From NCBI GenBank assembly GCA_027491395.1, contig JAOZFI010000039.1, positions 9,147 to 73,146 on the forward strand: DNA of 64,000 bases, in the 5' to 3' direction. The notes under the pieces are model-generated. The model did no database searches and had not been told where the DNA came from. It worked only from the letters and a program-made list of their open reading frames with translations. Shown here one piece after another: positions 55,187-64,000 of the stretch. Numbering within the stretch: the first letter of the stretch is position 1; every line of letters starts with the position of its first letter. The position numbers and the translations under genes are program-made. Source of the DNA: Thermoproteota archaeon. GTDB lineage: Archaea; Korarchaeota; Korarchaeia; Korarchaeales; Korarchaeaceae.

Positions 55187-56281
55187 ATGGCCGGGGACAT
55201 GCTGGGGAGAGAGCTGCGCTTGATATCTTTCGGAGAGAGCCACGGAGGTGTGGTGGGAGCCGTTGTGGAGGGAGTCCCCGCTGGGCTCCCACTGGATGAG
55301 TCTGATGTGCAGGAGCTGCTCGATCTAAGGAGGCCCGGCCAGTCCGAGTACACCACTAGCAGGTCGGAGTCAGATAGGGTGGTGATCCTCAGCGGGGTCT
55401 TCAGGGGGAGAACCACAGGTGCTCCGATCGCGATGATAGTGCGGAACGAGGACATCGTTTCCTCCTATTACGAGGAGTTCCTGAGGACCCCAAGGCCCGG
55501 ACATGCTGATTACGTGGCTAGGCTCAAGTACGGGGGCTACAACGATTACAGAGGTGGGGGTAGGTTCTCAGGTCGAATGACCATCTCGATGTGCATGGGG
55601 GGAGCTATAGCGAGGAAGCTCCTTAAGAGTATCGGGACGGAGATTATAGCTTACTCGCTGGAGATAGGGGGAGAAAGGGCATCAGACTTCACGCTGGACG
55701 AGGCTAAGGAGTACAGGTATAGGAACCCAGTTAGGGCCCCCAACGAGGAGAGCTACAAGAGGATGGCCGAAGCCATAGAGAGTGCCAGAAGGGAGGGGGA
55801 TAGTGTGGGAGGGGTGGTTGAAGCCGTAGCTCTGAATGTGCCACCCGGTTTGGGCGAACCTCTCTTCGATACCATAGAGGGCGATGTGGCGAAGGCCATG
55901 TTCTCCATACCGGCTGTCAAGGGAGTGGAGTTCGGCTCTGGCTTCAAAGCGGCGAGGATGAAGGGATCGGAGCACAACGATCCGCTGGTAATAAGGGATG
56001 GGAAGGTGGCTTACGCCAAGAACGATCACGGTGGTGTCATAGGCGGCATTACCACAGGAGAGCCGGTCTTGGTCAGGGTCGCCTTCAAGCCCACCTCGTC
56101 CATAGCCAAGCCACAGCGTACTGTGGACCTTGAGGAGATGAGGGATGTGGAGATAAGGGTTAAAGGGAGGCACGATCCATGCATTGTGCCGAGGGCTGTA
56201 GTGGTGGTCGAGAGCATGCTGGCCTTCGTGCTAGCCGATCACGCGATCAGGGCCGGCCTCATACCCAAGGTGCTGAGGTGA
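55187..56281 (+). CDS. aroC: Chorismate synthase
   Basis: FGESHG, RRPGQS, PRPGHAD, GGGRFSGR, FKPTSSI, GRHDPC. Confidence 0.96.
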   Translation: MAGDMLGRELRLISFGESHGGVVGAVVEGVPAGLPLDESDVQELLDLRRPGQSEYTTSRSESDRVVILSGVFRGRTTGAPIAMIVRNEDIVSSYYEEFLRTPRPGHADYVARLKYGGYNDYRGGGRFSGRMTISMCMGGAIARKLLKSIGTEIIAYSLEIGGERASDFTLDEAKEYRYRNPVRAPNEESYKRMAEAIESARREGDSVGGVVEAVALNVPPGLGEPLFDTIEGDVAKAMFSIPAVKGVEFGSGFKAARMKGSEHNDPLVIRDGKVAYAKNDHGGVIGGITTGEPVLVRVAFKPTSSIAKPQRTVDLEEMRDVEIRVKGRHDPCIVPRAVVVVESMLAFVLADHAIRAGLIPKVLR

Positions 56282-56286
56282 AGTTA

Positions 56287-57630
56287 ATGGAGGACCTGAG
56301 AGCGAGGGTGAGGGAGGTAACCCTCAGGTTAGTGGAGTTGTATGCCGAGAGAATGTCCTTGATCAGGCAGATAGCTGAGTTGAAGAGGGAGAGAGGCCTT
56401 CCAGTCAAAGACGAGGCCGTGGAGACCAAGCTTTGGGACGAGGTTTCAGCCAAGTGTAAGGAGAGGGGGCTGGATCAGCTGGATTGCAGGAGGATCTTCA
56501 GCTTCCTGATCTCCTCCTCCATCAGAGCTCAAATCCCGGAGGGCGGCGGAGCAGGACCGCACGTGGAGGTCTTCAGGAGGGCCAAGGAGATCGAGAGGTC
56601 CGGCACGAAGGTGTACCACCTCGAGGTGGGCGAGCCTCCGTGGTCCTTTCCGCCAGCGGTCTTTGATTCCTTAGTGGAGGCCATAAAGAGGGGGGAGACC
56701 AGATACAGCACCCCAACTGGCACCTTCAGGTTCAGGGAAGCTGCCTCCGAGTGGCTCTCACGCAGGGACGGCATTGACGCCAATCCGGAGGAGGTAATAC
56801 CCACGCCGGGATCCAAGTACGCGATCTTCTCTATATTGTCCACCTTCCTCAGACCGGGTGACAGGGTGGGGGTACTGCTCCCTGCCTGGCCTGCCTACAG
56901 GGGAATGGCGTCTCATCTCTCCTTGGAGATGATCGAGATCGATTCGACTGAGGAGGTCGAGAAGCTTGAGGGCGTCAGAGCCTTCATCCTTTGCTCTCCC
57001 AACAATCCCGATGGGAAGGTGTGGTCCAAGAAGGAGCTTGAATCCCTGGCAGAGGTTTTGAGGGAGACGGGTGCACTTCTAATCAGCGACGACGCGTATG
57101 CGGAGTTATCGTTCTCGGAGAGGGTTCCCCCCTCTAGGGTGTACGAGAACACCATATCGGTGAACACCCTGTCGAAGGCTTTCGGAATGACCGGCTTCAG
57201 GCTGGGATACGTGCATGGGAATGAGGAGAAGGTGAAGAAACTGGCCAAGTTCATCGGCCTGACGATCACGAATGTCCCTGAGTTCATCCAAGAGGCTGGA
57301 GCTTCGGCCTTGGAGTCAGCTGGCGACTGGATTCCTAGGGTGATGGAGCACCTGATCTCCTACCTTGACTTGGCCATGAGGAAACTCGAGGGAGCTCCTC
57401 TCAAGATGAACAGACCTGATGGAGCACTATATCTCTTCCCAAGGGTGGAGCTCGATGACTTCGACTCGATGTACTTCGCGTTCAGACTGTTGGAGGATAA
57501 GAAGATAGCTGTCGCACCCGGATCGGGGTTCGGTCCCTACAAAGACAGGCTGAGGATCACTTACGCCAGTCCCGATGCAGATAAGGGATTGAGACTCCTA
57601 AGGGAGGCCCTACAGTCTTGGAAGTCCTAG
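56287..57630 (+). CDS. Chorismate mutase (AroQ) fused to a class I/II aminotransferase
   Basis: N-terminal LR...ER...K...D..E...S...Q; then GEP, PGSK, SPNNP.G, SKAFGMTGFRLG, APGSGFG. Confidence 0.85.
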   Translation: MEDLRARVREVTLRLVELYAERMSLIRQIAELKRERGLPVKDEAVETKLWDEVSAKCKERGLDQLDCRRIFSFLISSSIRAQIPEGGGAGPHVEVFRRAKEIERSGTKVYHLEVGEPPWSFPPAVFDSLVEAIKRGETRYSTPTGTFRFREAASEWLSRRDGIDANPEEVIPTPGSKYAIFSILSTFLRPGDRVGVLLPAWPAYRGMASHLSLEMIEIDSTEEVEKLEGVRAFILCSPNNPDGKVWSKKELESLAEVLRETGALLISDDAYAELSFSERVPPSRVYENTISVNTLSKAFGMTGFRLGYVHGNEEKVKKLAKFIGLTITNVPEFIQEAGASALESAGDWIPRVMEHLISYLDLAMRKLEGAPLKMNRPDGALYLFPRVELDDFDSMYFAFRLLEDKKIAVAPGSGFGPYKDRLRITYASPDADKGLRLLREALQSWKS

Positions 57631-58406
57631 TTGTGGGAGCTGGAGCCTTGGGCAGCGTCTTGGCAGAGTACTTGGTTAGAGAGCATTCGGTCTCAGTGTA
57701 CGATGTAGATAAAGGGAGATCTTCTCGACTGGCTGATCGGATAGGAGGTAGACCTATAGAGAGCTTGGGAAGTCCCCTCTTGTACGATGTGGTGGTAATC
57801 TCCGTTCCTATCTCTGCGACCCCCTCGGTGATTCGAGATGTATCCTCCAAGATGAATGGGGGAACGATAGTCGAGGTCTCGTCGGTCAAGTCGCATGTGG
57901 TTCCTTCGATGAGGGAGGCCAGTGGAAGGGGCATAGAGACTGTATCCATTCACCCTCTCTTCGGACCCGGACTAAGTGATCTATCTAGGGGGAGAGCAGC
58001 CCTTATCCCTATCGTCAACGCGGAGAGGGAACTAGAGATATCATCCTCCCTCTTCCCATTTGAACACGTGATTGTGAGCGTCGAGGATCATGATAGGGCC
58101 ATGGCATGGCTAGCCCTCGTTCATCTCATCCTACACGCCTTCCTCTCATCCTCCGAAGGTGAGGCCGAGGTAATCAAGTCGCTCGAGACAACGACCCTTA
58201 GGTGGTTCCTTAGACTGGGCGCTTCCTCACTACTCCAGAGTGAATCCCTGACGGAAGACCTCGTTAAGGAGAACCCGTACTTTCAGGAAGTGCTAGATCG
58301 CTTCTTAAGCTCGATGAGCCGGGATGTGGGGCAACTCAGGAAAAGGCTGAGGAGGTGGATAGACCTCCTCGATCTCGAATCGTCCTACAGATCCCTTTAC
58401 GGATGA
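57618..58406 (+). CDS. tyrA: Prephenate/arogenate dehydrogenase; TTG start
   Basis: GAGALG, SVPI, SSVK, HPLFGP, HDRAMA. Confidence 0.85.
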   Translation: MEVLVVGAGALGSVLAEYLVREHSVSVYDVDKGRSSRLADRIGGRPIESLGSPLLYDVVVISVPISATPSVIRDVSSKMNGGTIVEVSSVKSHVVPSMREASGRGIETVSIHPLFGPGLSDLSRGRAALIPIVNAERELEISSSLFPFEHVIVSVEDHDRAMAWLALVHLILHAFLSSSEGEAEVIKSLETTTLRWFLRLGASSLLQSESLTEDLVKENPYFQEVLDRFLSSMSRDVGQLRKRLRRWIDLLDLESSYRSLYG

Positions 58407-58413
58407 GGGTCAC

Positions 58414-59355
58414 TCACTCCTCTATCTCGGCGGGATCATCATCGGTGCTCGGCTCTACTTCCTCCTCCAGTATTTTCTGAACGAACACAGGATGCTGGAA
58501 CAGGGAATGATGCATCTCAGGTGAGTAGAACTTCGTCCTCCCCTCCAATCCCCTCTCCCTGAACCTCCTCGCTAGAATCTCAGTCTCTACATCTGGAGGT
58601 ACCACGTAGTTAGATCCGAAGGAAAACGTCCAATCGTCGGTGAACGATGGGATATAGGCTCTCGCCAAAGCATACTTGGGGAACACCTCCCTTATGGCCC
58701 TGTACACCCTTTGGAAAGCCAACCTGTTTATGTGCAGTCCGGTGCTGTGAGTTACCATGAGGCCGCCCTCCCTCAGGATATTCCTCACCTTTCCGTAGAA
58801 CTCCCTAGTGTATAGCCTGGCGGCCTGCCCATAGGGGTCAGTCAGGTCGAGGATGACCACATCGAACTTCTCCTCCACACTTTCCACGTAAGCCCTCCCA
58901 TCACCGATCACAAGCTTCAGCCTGTCGTCATCGAAGGCACCAGCCGGTACCTCTGGTAGATGCCTCGTCACCAGATCTATGACCGATCTGTCCAGTTCCA
59001 CCATGGTGACCTCCTCAACGGGATGCTTTAGTACCTCTCTCAGGGCTCCTCCATCTCCTCCACCTATTATCAGGACCCTCTCAGGCCTCTCAACAGATAG
59101 TAAAGCCGGATGAACGAGGGTCTCGTGATAGATGAACTCATCGTACAGGGAGAGCATCACTATGTGCTCTATGAAGAGCGACCTCCCGTAGAACGGGAAA
59201 TCAACTACCTCCACCAGTTGTCCCGCTTTACTCTGCTCTGAGGAGACGACCCTCTCCACGGGCGTCAGAGTGGCGAGGTTAGGACCAGCGTGCTCCAAGT
59301 AAAGAAGGATCCCATCGATGGTGCGCAGCCCGGGCTTCGGCAGCTTGGGGGACAT
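58414..59355 (-). CDS. speE: Polyamine aminopropyltransferase (spermidine synthase family)
   Basis: DEFIYHE, GGGDGG, VELD, GDG, DLTDP, LYTREFY. Confidence 0.85.
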   Translation of the reverse strand: MSPKLPKPGLRTIDGILLYLEHAGPNLATLTPVERVVSSEQSKAGQLVEVVDFPFYGRSLFIEHIVMLSLYDEFIYHETLVHPALLSVERPERVLIIGGGDGGALREVLKHPVEEVTMVELDRSVIDLVTRHLPEVPAGAFDDDRLKLVIGDGRAYVESVEEKFDVVILDLTDPYGQAARLYTREFYGKVRNILREGGLMVTHSTGLHINRLAFQRVYRAIREVFPKYALARAYIPSFTDDWTFSFGSNYVVPPDVETEILARRFRERGLEGRTKFYSPEMHHSLFQHPVFVQKILEEEVEPSTDDDPAEIEE

Positions 59356-59392
59356 AGGGCTCCTTATCCAGCCGGACTTAAAAATATGGTCA

Positions 59393-60460
59393 CTAGAGGA
59401 GGGATTTGGAGAGGAGCTCGGCTATGGAGTCTACATACTCCTCATCTATGAACCCCTCCTCCTGCAGGATAGCTAGTTCACCGTAAACGATCTCCCTCAG
59501 GTCCTCAGACAGGAGGTTACTTCCCCACTCTATCCTGTCCACCCTGATTATTGAGGAGAATCTCCTGTTCACCTCGGTCTCGTCGAAGAGTGAATCGAAC
59601 CTCCCAAGGAGGTCCTTGACCCTGTGGGTCAGTCCCGGGGTCTTGAACCTGAGATTGGATACTAGAAATCTCCTCCTAGCCTTTCCCTTTGTCTCGACCA
59701 GATAGACTGGTAAGAGAATCTCCCCTATGGGGGGCGCGGATCTCAGCGTGCTGACCAGTTCCTCATACGCCCTCGCAGCGCCTTCTATCCTCGAAATCAG
59801 AGAAGAGCACGCCCCCTCTATTCGGCTCCTCTCGTGCTGATACTCTCTCCTGAGGCTCGAGTCCGGTGGATACCTCTCAATCCACAAGTCCAGCTCCCTC
59901 ACCATCTCATCGCAGGAGAACCTCACCTCAGACGCGAGTCGAGTGAGCCTCCTAAGGGAGGACTCCAGCTCGTCAAGCCTGCCCATCAGGGACCTAACCT
60001 CTCTGGAGGAGAGGGGATCGCATTCGCGGCTGACTTGGAAGCACAGGTCAACTTCGGTCGTCCTACTCAGCAGAGGGAACAGGAAGCTGGGGGCGATTCC
60101 CTCTAATCTCACCTCCTCACTTGGGGGCCTGAAGGAAGATAAGGCGGACACTCTAGATGCGAAAGTCCTGTGATCCAAGGCAGTTCTCAGCGTGGAGAGG
60201 GCTGACTCCCAAGCTCTCACATCTTCCAACCTGTAGACAGGTTCTAGGGAGCAGACCCTGTCTATCACCACCGAGAGCCCATCCGCTGAGACTCCCTTAA
60301 GGGGAACGTACCCCAACCTAATGGAGTCGAGGACCTCCTCTTTCCTGCTGAACAGACCTTTCTTCTTCCTCTTCTCCTGTATGAAAGAGAGTATGGCCGT
60401 CAAGTGAGCCGCCAGATTATGTCTGGGATAATCCAATAGTATGTTCACGACCTCGGCCAT
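59393..60460 (-). CDS. Hypothetical protein with a central coiled-coil
   Basis: 355-aa ORF with native codon use, overlapping the AKR end; no family recognised. Confidence 0.65.
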   Translation of the reverse strand: MAEVVNILLDYPRHNLAAHLTAILSFIQEKRKKKGLFSRKEEVLDSIRLGYVPLKGVSADGLSVVIDRVCSLEPVYRLEDVRAWESALSTLRTALDHRTFASRVSALSSFRPPSEEVRLEGIAPSFLFPLLSRTTEVDLCFQVSRECDPLSSREVRSLMGRLDELESSLRRLTRLASEVRFSCDEMVRELDLWIERYPPDSSLRREYQHERSRIEGACSSLISRIEGAARAYEELVSTLRSAPPIGEILLPVYLVETKGKARRRFLVSNLRFKTPGLTHRVKDLLGRFDSLFDETEVNRRFSSIIRVDRIEWGSNLLSEDLREIVYGELAILQEEGFIDEEYVDSIAELLSKSLL

Positions 60461-61281
60461 CTCGATCTCTCCTCCAGTACACCAAGTTCCCTCACCAGCT
60501 CATCTGGTATCCTCCATCCAACCGATCCAGCTAACTCCTCCACATGATCTACGCGGGATGCCTTCGGAATTGCTACAACCATCGGCTTGGATATGAGCCA
60601 GTTTATCGCCACCTGAGCTGGGGTCTTTCCCAGCCTAGCAGCTATCACCTTCAGCTTCTGGGGTGGTCTCTTCGCCAGTCTCCCCCTGTCTAGAGGGCTG
60701 TACGCCATGAGGGTTATTCTCTCCCTCTGACAGTAGGGAAGCAAGTCCTCCTCGGGTTCCCTCACCCTAAGGCTGTACTCCACCTGATTGGTCACCACGT
60801 CATTATGCTCCAGCAGTTCCCTAGCTCTCTTCAACAGATCTAGTGAGAAGTTGCTCACCCCGATGTATCTCACGATGCCCTCGCTAATCAGCTCCTCCAT
60901 CGCCCTCAGCGTTTCCTCGAGCGGGTAGGATAGATTCGGCCAGTGGATGAGGTATATATCGATGTATGTACCGAGCCTCGCAGCGCTGGCCCTAGCTGCC
61001 CTCTTCACCGAATCGTACGCTAGGTTGGTCCCCCATACCTTGGTGACGATGGTGAGGGACTCCCTGTCGAAAGGTTTTATGGCCTCGCCAACCAGTTCCT
61101 CAGCCTTTCCCCACCCGTACATCTCCGCCGTGTCTATGAGCGTCATCCCCAGTTCAATGCCCCTCCTAAGCGCAGCTATTGCTTCCTCCTTGGGAGCTGC
61201 TTCTATCTGGTAAGTGCCGAGGCCCACCTTGGGTATCTTAACATCTGTACCGTCAAGCTCCTCGTATTCCACGGGGATCAC
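60445..61281 (-). CDS. Aldo/keto reductase
   Basis: GLGT, IDTAEMYG, TKV, LIHWP, IGVSNFS, NQVEY, AYSPL, IPKAS. Confidence 0.92.
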   Translation of the reverse strand: MIPVEYEELDGTDVKIPKVGLGTYQIEAAPKEEAIAALRRGIELGMTLIDTAEMYGWGKAEELVGEAIKPFDRESLTIVTKVWGTNLAYDSVKRAARASAARLGTYIDIYLIHWPNLSYPLEETLRAMEELISEGIVRYIGVSNFSLDLLKRARELLEHNDVVTNQVEYSLRVREPEEDLLPYCQRERITLMAYSPLDRGRLAKRPPQKLKVIAARLGKTPAQVAINWLISKPMVVAIPKASRVDHVEELAGSVGWRIPDELVRELGVLEERSRWPRS

Positions 61282-62857
61282 CCGCCAAAAGCTCCTGAGC
61301 TAAAGGAATACCGTTACCATTGAGGTCAAGTTGAAGGAGTCCGGAGGTTTTATACCTATCCGCTCCGGCCACTACGACCACTAGGGTATCGCCTTCCAAG
61401 CTCACGTGTACGACCTGCCCTCCCTCTATGAGGGAAGCCTTCTCGGCGCCGGATAGCAGAGAGGCGGCGATGTTTGAGGGCATGTTACTGTCGGTCGGAG
61501 CCTTGTGACCACCCAGCACGATGACCATATCGTAATTGCCGAACTCATCCGTGGAATTTATCCTTTGAAGGGTAACTCCTGAGGAGTTCGCAGCAGATAT
61601 GAGGTCCTCGGACGAGAGGTTCCAGTCTATATCGTTTGAGTAGACGGCCACCCTCCTGACACGGGTGGTCACATTGATCTCGTAAACCTTGTTCCTAGCT
61701 CCAGTGAACACGAGGGAGAGGACGCCTGACGCCTCTATCCCGTGGAGGGATGTAAGGGAGAGCGTGACATTGAAGGGCGGGATGCCGGACTGGGGAGAGA
61801 GGGACACGTTCAGCCATTCGGGAGAACCCAAGACCCCAGCGGATACTTCACCGCTGAAGTTCCCCGTGGGCACGACCCTCAGGGACACATTCCTCCCCAA
61901 TCCGCCGACTAGATCTACTCGGGAGGGACCCACCACCGAGAAGCCCTTCCTCTCGAGGACCGTGAGGTTAACCGGAGCTGAGGCCTCCATGACGCCCTCG
62001 GCCCTTATGACCACCGTGTACTCCCCTCCGGGAGCGGTGTCCGGAACCTCCAAGTTGAGGGTGCTGTTGAACGGGGGAAACCCCTGTTGAGGAAAGAACT
62101 CGTAGGAGAGAAAGTCAGGACCCTCCAAAGACAGGTTTATCGGTTTTGAGAGGTGGCCCGTCACGTACACCCTCATGCTTATGTTCTCTCCTTGAGTGAC
62201 CACCACCTCGGGGGCCTCGAGAACGATGCTCAGCGAGGCGGCCTCATACTCTATCGTAAGAACGGGCCCGTTAGATCCACTTACCTCCGAGTAGAACTCA
62301 TAGTAGCCCTCTTGTCCCTCAGCTATCTTGACTAGGAGCCAGCCACTGCTCTTCAACTCATTGTCGACGGCAGCTTGGACATAGGACGTCAGATTTATCT
62401 CGGCTTGTGGGAAGGAACCAGCTCCTTCGCCCCACTTCTCTATGAGATCTCCTCCCGGGTTGCTCCAAGGGAGGCCCGATCTCACACTGTTCCAAGTAGT
62501 TCCAAATATGTCTAGTTCTCCTCTCACGTCCCAGACCTCAATAGTGGGATTAGACGTGTTATATGTGGTCAGCACTAGACTAGCGTTGAGTATCTTGGAA
62601 TATTGAGGTATGTGCGATCTTATCTCACCTATATCGAACCTTAAAAGAGCTCTAGCTTCCACGGTGTCGTTGCCTACTGCGGTTCTGGATACTTTGAGGA
62701 CTTGAGAGCTGGCGTGAGGGGTATCAGGCTCCCAGCTGGCTATGTAACAGTCGACGTAGGACCTGACCGTAAGGGAGATACTCGCCTCCATCAATGAGAC
62801 GGGAGTGAGCAGGAGGACCATCGAAAGGATAGACAGCGATCTAACAGAGACCCTCAT
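61253..62857 (-). CDS. Cell-surface protein: DNRLRE-like domain, Ig-like repeats, C-terminal S-layer-type domain
   Basis: DCYI...RALLRFDI, WSNPGG, INLTSYV, GP.L; P..G.PPFN repeats; IVLGGHKA...VVAGADRYKT. Confidence 0.75.
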   Translation of the reverse strand: MRVSVRSLSILSMVLLLTPVSLMEASISLTVRSYVDCYIASWEPDTPHASSQVLKVSRTAVGNDTVEARALLRFDIGEIRSHIPQYSKILNASLVLTTYNTSNPTIEVWDVRGELDIFGTTWNSVRSGLPWSNPGGDLIEKWGEGAGSFPQAEINLTSYVQAAVDNELKSSGWLLVKIAEGQEGYYEFYSEVSGSNGPVLTIEYEAASLSIVLEAPEVVVTQGENISMRVYVTGHLSKPINLSLEGPDFLSYEFFPQQGFPPFNSTLNLEVPDTAPGGEYTVVIRAEGVMEASAPVNLTVLERKGFSVVGPSRVDLVGGLGRNVSLRVVPTGNFSGEVSAGVLGSPEWLNVSLSPQSGIPPFNVTLSLTSLHGIEASGVLSLVFTGARNKVYEINVTTRVRRVAVYSNDIDWNLSSEDLISAANSSGVTLQRINSTDEFGNYDMVIVLGGHKAPTDSNMPSNIAASLLSGAEKASLIEGGQVVHVSLEGDTLVVVVAGADRYKTSGLLQLDLNGNGIPLAQELLAGDPRGIRGA

Positions 62858-63638
62858 AGAATCTAGGCCTCCTGTCCCCGAAAATATCGTTCAGTTCATT
62901 TATCTTCTTGTTATCAGCGAGCTTAGGATCTATCTCCGCCACCATCACGTGCTCCCCCTCCTTGGGGGCTTGGACAAGTACTTTCATGCTTGGATCCACG
63001 ATGAGGGATCTACCCTCATACTCGAACCTCTTCCCTCCCCTCTCCTCCACCCCGCTCCTGTCCGAGAGGATGATGTAAACCCTGTTCTCGACGGCCCTAG
63101 CTAGGTCTACTGTGGGTGCGAAGGGGAGCACGAGGTTGGAGGGGTGAGCTATGACTTGGGCGCCTTTTAGGGCTAAGGTCCTCGCTGCCTCCGGGAATCG
63201 CCAGTCATAGCATATCATTACCCCCACCCTCATACCTGCCACATGGAACACCTGGAAGCCGGTATCTCCGGGCTCGAAGAACAGCTTCTCCTCGAAGAAT
63301 AGGTGGGTCTTCCTGTAAACTCCCTTCACATCACCTTTTTCATCGATGACCACTGCTGAGTTGTAGAATTTGTCGCCATCCCTCTCCGCGAAGCCAGCGA
63401 CCAAGGCGGTGGATGTCTCCTCGGCGAACTTCCTCAATTCACTCACGGTGTATCCCTCTAGATCCTCAGCTAGCTTTGAGACTTCTTCCTTACTCAGGAA
63501 GAGGTATCCGGTATTGAACAGCTCGGGAAAGACTAGGAGATCGGCCTCCACCTTGGAGGCGAGCTCTAAGGCCCTCGCCACGTTCCTCTCGACTTCACCA
63601 AATAGGGGATCGTTCTGGACGAAACCTACCCTCTTCAT
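62841..63638 (-). CDS. Carbon-nitrogen hydrolase (nitrilase superfamily)
   Basis: E-K-C triad: FPEL, YRKTHLF, ICYDWRFPE. Confidence 0.9.
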   Translation of the reverse strand: MKRVGFVQNDPLFGEVERNVARALELASKVEADLLVFPELFNTGYLFLSKEEVSKLAEDLEGYTVSELRKFAEETSTALVAGFAERDGDKFYNSAVVIDEKGDVKGVYRKTHLFFEEKLFFEPGDTGFQVFHVAGMRVGVMICYDWRFPEAARTLALKGAQVIAHPSNLVLPFAPTVDLARAVENRVYIILSDRSGVEERGGKRFEYEGRSLIVDPSMKVLVQAPKEGEHVMVAEIDPKLADNKKINELNDIFGDRRPRFYEGLC

Positions 63639-63678
63639 GCGCTATCCTAGCGAGGCCTACTATCGTGCCTATTAACCT

Positions 63679-63972
63679 TCACGGGATCAGCTCCATGAGG
63701 ATGAGCAGGATTATACCAGCTAGGATAAGCTTCCTACCTTTATATGTGAATATATCGCTCGCCCATAGCACCACTCCCAAGGCGATGAGTGTTCCAGCAA
63801 GGACCCTCCCTATAGAGATCGCGGACTCCTTCAACACGTTGAGTATGTTCATAATGCTCTGAGTCAACTCATTTATCGCACTCTCGAAGCTTGAAAACGG
63901 ATCTTGGGCCTTGACCACTAGAGGAGTCATTAAGAGCAATACTACAAGAGCTGAGTAGACGAGCGCCCTCAT
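63679..63972 (-). CDS. Small secreted two-TM protein with TrbC/VirB2-pilin-like layout
   Basis: Signal peptide ending VKA-QD, amphipathic helix, two TMs separated by YKGRK. Confidence 0.55.
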   Translation of the reverse strand: MRALVYSALVVLLLMTPLVVKAQDPFSSFESAINELTQSIMNILNVLKESAISIGRVLAGTLIALGVVLWASDIFTYKGRKLILAGIILLILMELIP

Positions 63973-64000
63973 CGTTCCAACCGAGGGGTTATGGGATAAG

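Noticed and set aside
214-63862. Many short ORFs in the track that are antisense to or nested in long genes
   Set aside because: They are shadow frames of genes with clear family motifs, with no independent SD or motif support.
1-64000. CRISPR arrays, rRNA, tRNA, transposases, integrases
   Set aside because: No regularly spaced repeats, RNA gene signatures or recombinase motifs were found by reading.

Overview
A 64 kb stretch of chromosomal backbone from a thermophilic, peptide-fermenting archaeon. ATA/AGG-rich codon use, GGTGA/GGAGG Shine-Dalgarno sites, TATA promoters, pyrimidine-tract terminators and gene content suggest a Korarchaeia-like TACK archaeon (inference). It carries a tungsten aldehyde:ferredoxin oxidoreductase, two complete Dpp/Opp ABC operons, a Liv ABC operon, NfeD-stomatin, cysS/serS/thrS, a GlcD/GlcF-type dehydrogenase, malic enzyme, an aroC/CM-aminotransferase/tyrA cluster, speE, several surface proteins and a decayed MNT-HEPN toxin-antitoxin pair. 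I found no rRNA, tRNA, CRISPR array or intact mobile element. Best leads: (1) a Ddp-like transporter next to a racemase-like PLP enzyme, LysA and an Ala-Glu epimerase, a possible bacterial peptidoglycan stem-peptide scavenging locus; (2) an N-terminal anchor/linker of binding proteins conserved at protein level despite near-saturated synonymous sites; (3) a structured ~140 nt leader with T-box-like elements before a bacterial-type thrS; (4) a missed 50-aa membrane ORF closing the Ddp-like operon; (5) an IscS homolog lacking its catalytic Cys loop; (6) a VirB2/CedA1-like pilin candidate. All family assignments come from motif recognition by eye, not from database searches. Several start codons are moved from the ORF track on SD or TATA evidence.
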